Below, piece after piece: positions 61,446-64,000 of a DNA stretch of 64,000 nt (its first letter is position 1; each line of letters starts with the position of its first letter). The stretch spans positions 768,001-832,000 of the forward strand of contig CP143273.1 in NCBI GenBank assembly GCA_051013385.1, given 5' to 3'. The position numbers were made by a program, and so were the translations under genes. Origin of the DNA: Phormidium sp. GTDB taxonomy: Bacteria; Cyanobacteriota; Cyanobacteriia; Cyanobacteriales; Aerosakkonemataceae. Under the pieces are notes generated by a model. It saw only the letters and a program-made list of their open reading frames with translations, ran no database searches and had not been told where the DNA came from.

Positions 61446-64000
61446 CTATTTATGATGCCAGCAAATGGTGCTGTTCTCCTGACGACTTAGCAGAATTCCT
61501 AACGCTTCTAAAGTTTCTAAATGTTCGGAAATCGCTTTCTTCTGTCTGGTAGCACCTTTAAATTTTGCTACTACTTGTTCCACTGTCCATTCGCCGCCAG
61601 TGGTGCGGAGTAAGTCGCGAATTGCTGCTAGTTGTTCTTTGGGTTTTTTGGGCCAAGTTTTTTGTTCTGCGGGTGCGGTGATGACTTCTTCTGCTTCGGT
61701 AATTCCGGCGAGTGTCATTTGGGTTGCTATTTCTTTGGGGGCTTGATATTCTGGACGCAACCAACGGATTAAACCGTTATGTTCTTCGGCAGAACGTTCT
61801 GCATTTAAGGCAACTAATCGTTCTAAAATTTCCTCATCACTGATATTTTGTTCCCATCCATAAGCTTCTAAAACTGCTGCGTCAAGTGAGTCGTGAATTT
61901 GTTTGAGGGTGGAAACTAAAGCTTTATTGTTGTAGGTTTTATCTGCTTCGGTGAAAGGTTCTCCTGCACGGAGTTTTTCTAATAGGTTGTACATTCCCGT
62001 GAGCGTGATTTCGGGATGTTGAGATTGGACTTTTTTCCGATGATTGTCTAGTTTTTCTCCGAGTTCTCGAATTTTTTGTTTTTGTTCGGGTGTAGAGTCG
62101 GGAAAGGGGAAAGGATCGAAGCAACGAGTTTTATTATATCGAGGAGTATTACCGCCTAAATCTCCTCCTGCTGCTAATGCCCATTTTACATGAACTTTGC
62201 TAGAAAGAACTCCCAAAAAATAAGCATCTTCAAGGGCGATCGCAATCAGCATATTATCAGCAAGTACCTGGGCATCTAGAAATGTAAATATGCGATGTTT
62301 GCTTGTTTCAACTGTGGCAATGTAAAGTTTTAATCCCTTGAGTGCTCGTCTCAGTTCAGTTCTGATTCGCCCAAATATCCACCAATTTTCTCGCAGACTT
62401 TTATCACGATTAGCATCTCTTTCTGGTTTAACTCTTTCCAGTACCCACTGATATGCTTTTGGATAATTTTTTTCCGCCTGTTCAATCGTTAACCCAAACA
62501 AATCAATAACTCGGACATTTCGAGAACGCTGCATAAAGTCTCGACCATTTATATAAGGGAACAAAACTTCAGACTCAACTTTTGCCCAATCAGATTGTTC
62601 AACAATAAATCCAGAACCAAATAACATTACACCTCTGCTAGAAAGCCTATTATTAGCGTTAAGTGCTTGGCATTGAGTTAAATCAGCACCAACTTGCAAA
62701 CTACTAAAAATTTTTCCTACATTGTGTAATTGAACTTCAACTTGTTCGGCAGAATTTTCCGGGATTTCTTCTTCTTTTTCAGAAATTACAACACCTAATT
62801 GAGCAATCTTTATCTGATTATTATCTAATTCAGCAGCAGTCATCGCAATTCTAACTGCTGCACCCCCATCAACCCAAGGATGATCGGAAATCGCAAAAAT
62901 TAATCTAATAGGATTCTTTTGACTTAGATGAAAATCAATAACTTTTCGCTGCCAAACTTGCCGAATACTATTAGTAGTAATAAACCCAAATCTGGCAACT
63001 TTCCCCAATCTCACCAACTCCGCCGCCTTGTGCCACCAATACATAACAAAATCAACAGTATCCGGCACATCTTGATAAACTTGGCGCAAAGTTTCTGCAT
63101 ACCCATCGCCCAAAACTTCCCGCATTCTCGCATTCCCAATAAAAGGCGGATTAGAAACAATATAATTTGCTTCTTGCCATTCAGCAGGACGGGGATTAAT
63201 AAACTTATAAATGGGAATTTGATTTGTAGGATCGGGTACATTTTCCCCAGTAACAGAATGCGTCATCATCCTGCCACCCCAACGAGTGCGCGGTTGTTTT
63301 GTGGTTGGATCGATCGCAATTTCTTTGCTATCATAATCCAACACAGCATCCCGACATTCAATATTATTGTAAGCCCGTAAAACAGGCTCAATTGGGGGAA
63401 TATTACCAAAGCGTTTAAAATGCCATTGTAAATAACCAATCCAGATTACCAAATCTGCGATCGCCGCTGCCCTTGGATTAAGCTCAATCCCTAAAAATTG
63501 CGAAGGATTTACCTGATCGAAATCCAAAGATAACTGTTCGCCACCTGTAATATCTGCCAACCTTCGCAAAACTTCTGATTCTAAACCTTTGAGTAAATCC
63601 AAAGTCACATAAAGGAAATTTCCCGAACCACAAGCAGGGTCAAGAATTTTGATTTCGCGTAACTCTTTGAGGAAGTCTTGAATTAGTGCGATCGCATTTT
63701 TTACCTGTTTCTTAGTCGGTTCTTCTCCAGCATTTTCTAAAGTTTGTTTAACCTCAGCTTGCACCAACTCCCACTGTTCCCGAATCGGTTCTAAAATTAC
63801 CGGACGTACCAACCTTTCCACATAAGATCTCGGTGTATAATGCGCCCCTAACTTACTCCTTTCCTTAGCATCTAACGCCCTTTCCAACAAAGTACCAAAA
63901 ATCGCAGGTTCTACCTGACTCCAATCTCTTTGAGATGCTTGCAACAAAACTTCTAATTGTTCCCCATTTAAAGGAAACGCAGAAGCATCCGCAAACAACC
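61446..64000 (-). CDS. MmeI-like Type IIG/IIL R-M DNA methyltransferase, 5' end outside window
   Basis: DWSQVEPAIFGTL, GAHYTP, LDPACGSGNF, NPPF, FITTNSI, RYNKTRCFDPFPFP. Confidence 0.9.
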   Translation of the reverse strand, partial: LFADASAFPLNGEQLEVLLQASQRDWSQVEPAIFGTLLERALDAKERSKLGAHYTPRSYVERLVRPVILEPIREQWELVQAEVKQTLENAGEEPTKKQVKNAIALIQDFLKELREIKILDPACGSGNFLYVTLDLLKGLESEVLRRLADITGGEQLSLDFDQVNPSQFLGIELNPRAAAIADLVIWIGYLQWHFKRFGNIPPIEPVLRAYNNIECRDAVLDYDSKEIAIDPTTKQPRTRWGGRMMTHSVTGENVPDPTNQIPIYKFINPRPAEWQEANYIVSNPPFIGNARMREVLGDGYAETLRQVYQDVPDTVDFVMYWWHKAAELVRLGKVARFGFITTNSIRQVWQRKVIDFHLSQKNPIRLIFAISDHPWVDGGAAVRIAMTAAELDNNQIKIAQLGVVISEKEEEIPENSAEQVEVQLHNVGKIFSSLQVGADLTQCQALNANNRLSSRGVMLFGSGFIVEQSDWAKVESEVLFPYINGRDFMQRSRNVRVIDLFGLTIEQAEKNYPKAYQWVLERVKPERDANRDKSLRENWWIFGRIRTELRRALKGLKLYIATVETSKHRIFTFLDAQVLADNMLIAIALEDAYFLGVLSSKVHVKWALAAGGDLGGNTPRYNKTRCFDPFPFPDSTPEQKQKIRELGEKLDNHRKKVQSQHPEITLTGMYNLLEKLRAGEPFTEADKTYNNKALVSTLKQIHDSLDAAVLEAYGWEQNISDEEILERLVALNAERSAEEHNGLIRWLRPEYQAPKEIATQMTLAGITEAEEVITAPAEQKTWPKKPKEQLAAIRDLLRTTGGEWTVEQVVAKFKGATRQKKAISEHLETLEALGILLSRQENSTICWHHK

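Overview
A 64 kb chromosomal segment of a filamentous cyanobacterium. The evidence is frequent HIP1 (GCGATCGC) octamers, STRR-type 7-8-mer tandem repeats, GTAG-type REP/MITE elements and a sepJ-like gene. Most genes are core: gshA, trmL, a LysM/M23 peptidase, a MacAB-like ABC exporter, a gyrA paralog, dnaK, ATP synthase beta/epsilon, sepJ, suhB, hisZ, ferredoxins, JAB+moeB, tRNA-Met and tRNA-Ser. Accessory blocks are: (i) feoA-feoB-HMA2-atypical P1B-ATPase-small protein, with a Fur-like box; (ii) an orphan C5 methyltransferase; (iii) a decaying defence island at about 31.5-41.8 kb; (iv) PEP-CTERM genes and three ComFB paralogs; (v) a partial MmeI-like R-M gene at the right end. The most notable signal is in the island. 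A Type IIG/ISP-like nuclease-methyltransferase is separated from its specificity domain by a translationally coupled parDE module. Downstream lie remnants of a second [TA + specificity gene + REP] unit whose coding differences are all synonymous, suggesting an array of exchangeable TA-guarded specificity cassettes. Other highlights are several TA loci with intact antitoxins but deleted toxins, a LexA-boxed consensus promoter firing through a response-regulator gene toward gyrA, and an in-frame second PEP-CTERM signal behind a stop codon. Family assignments come from motif recognition only; no database searches were run.
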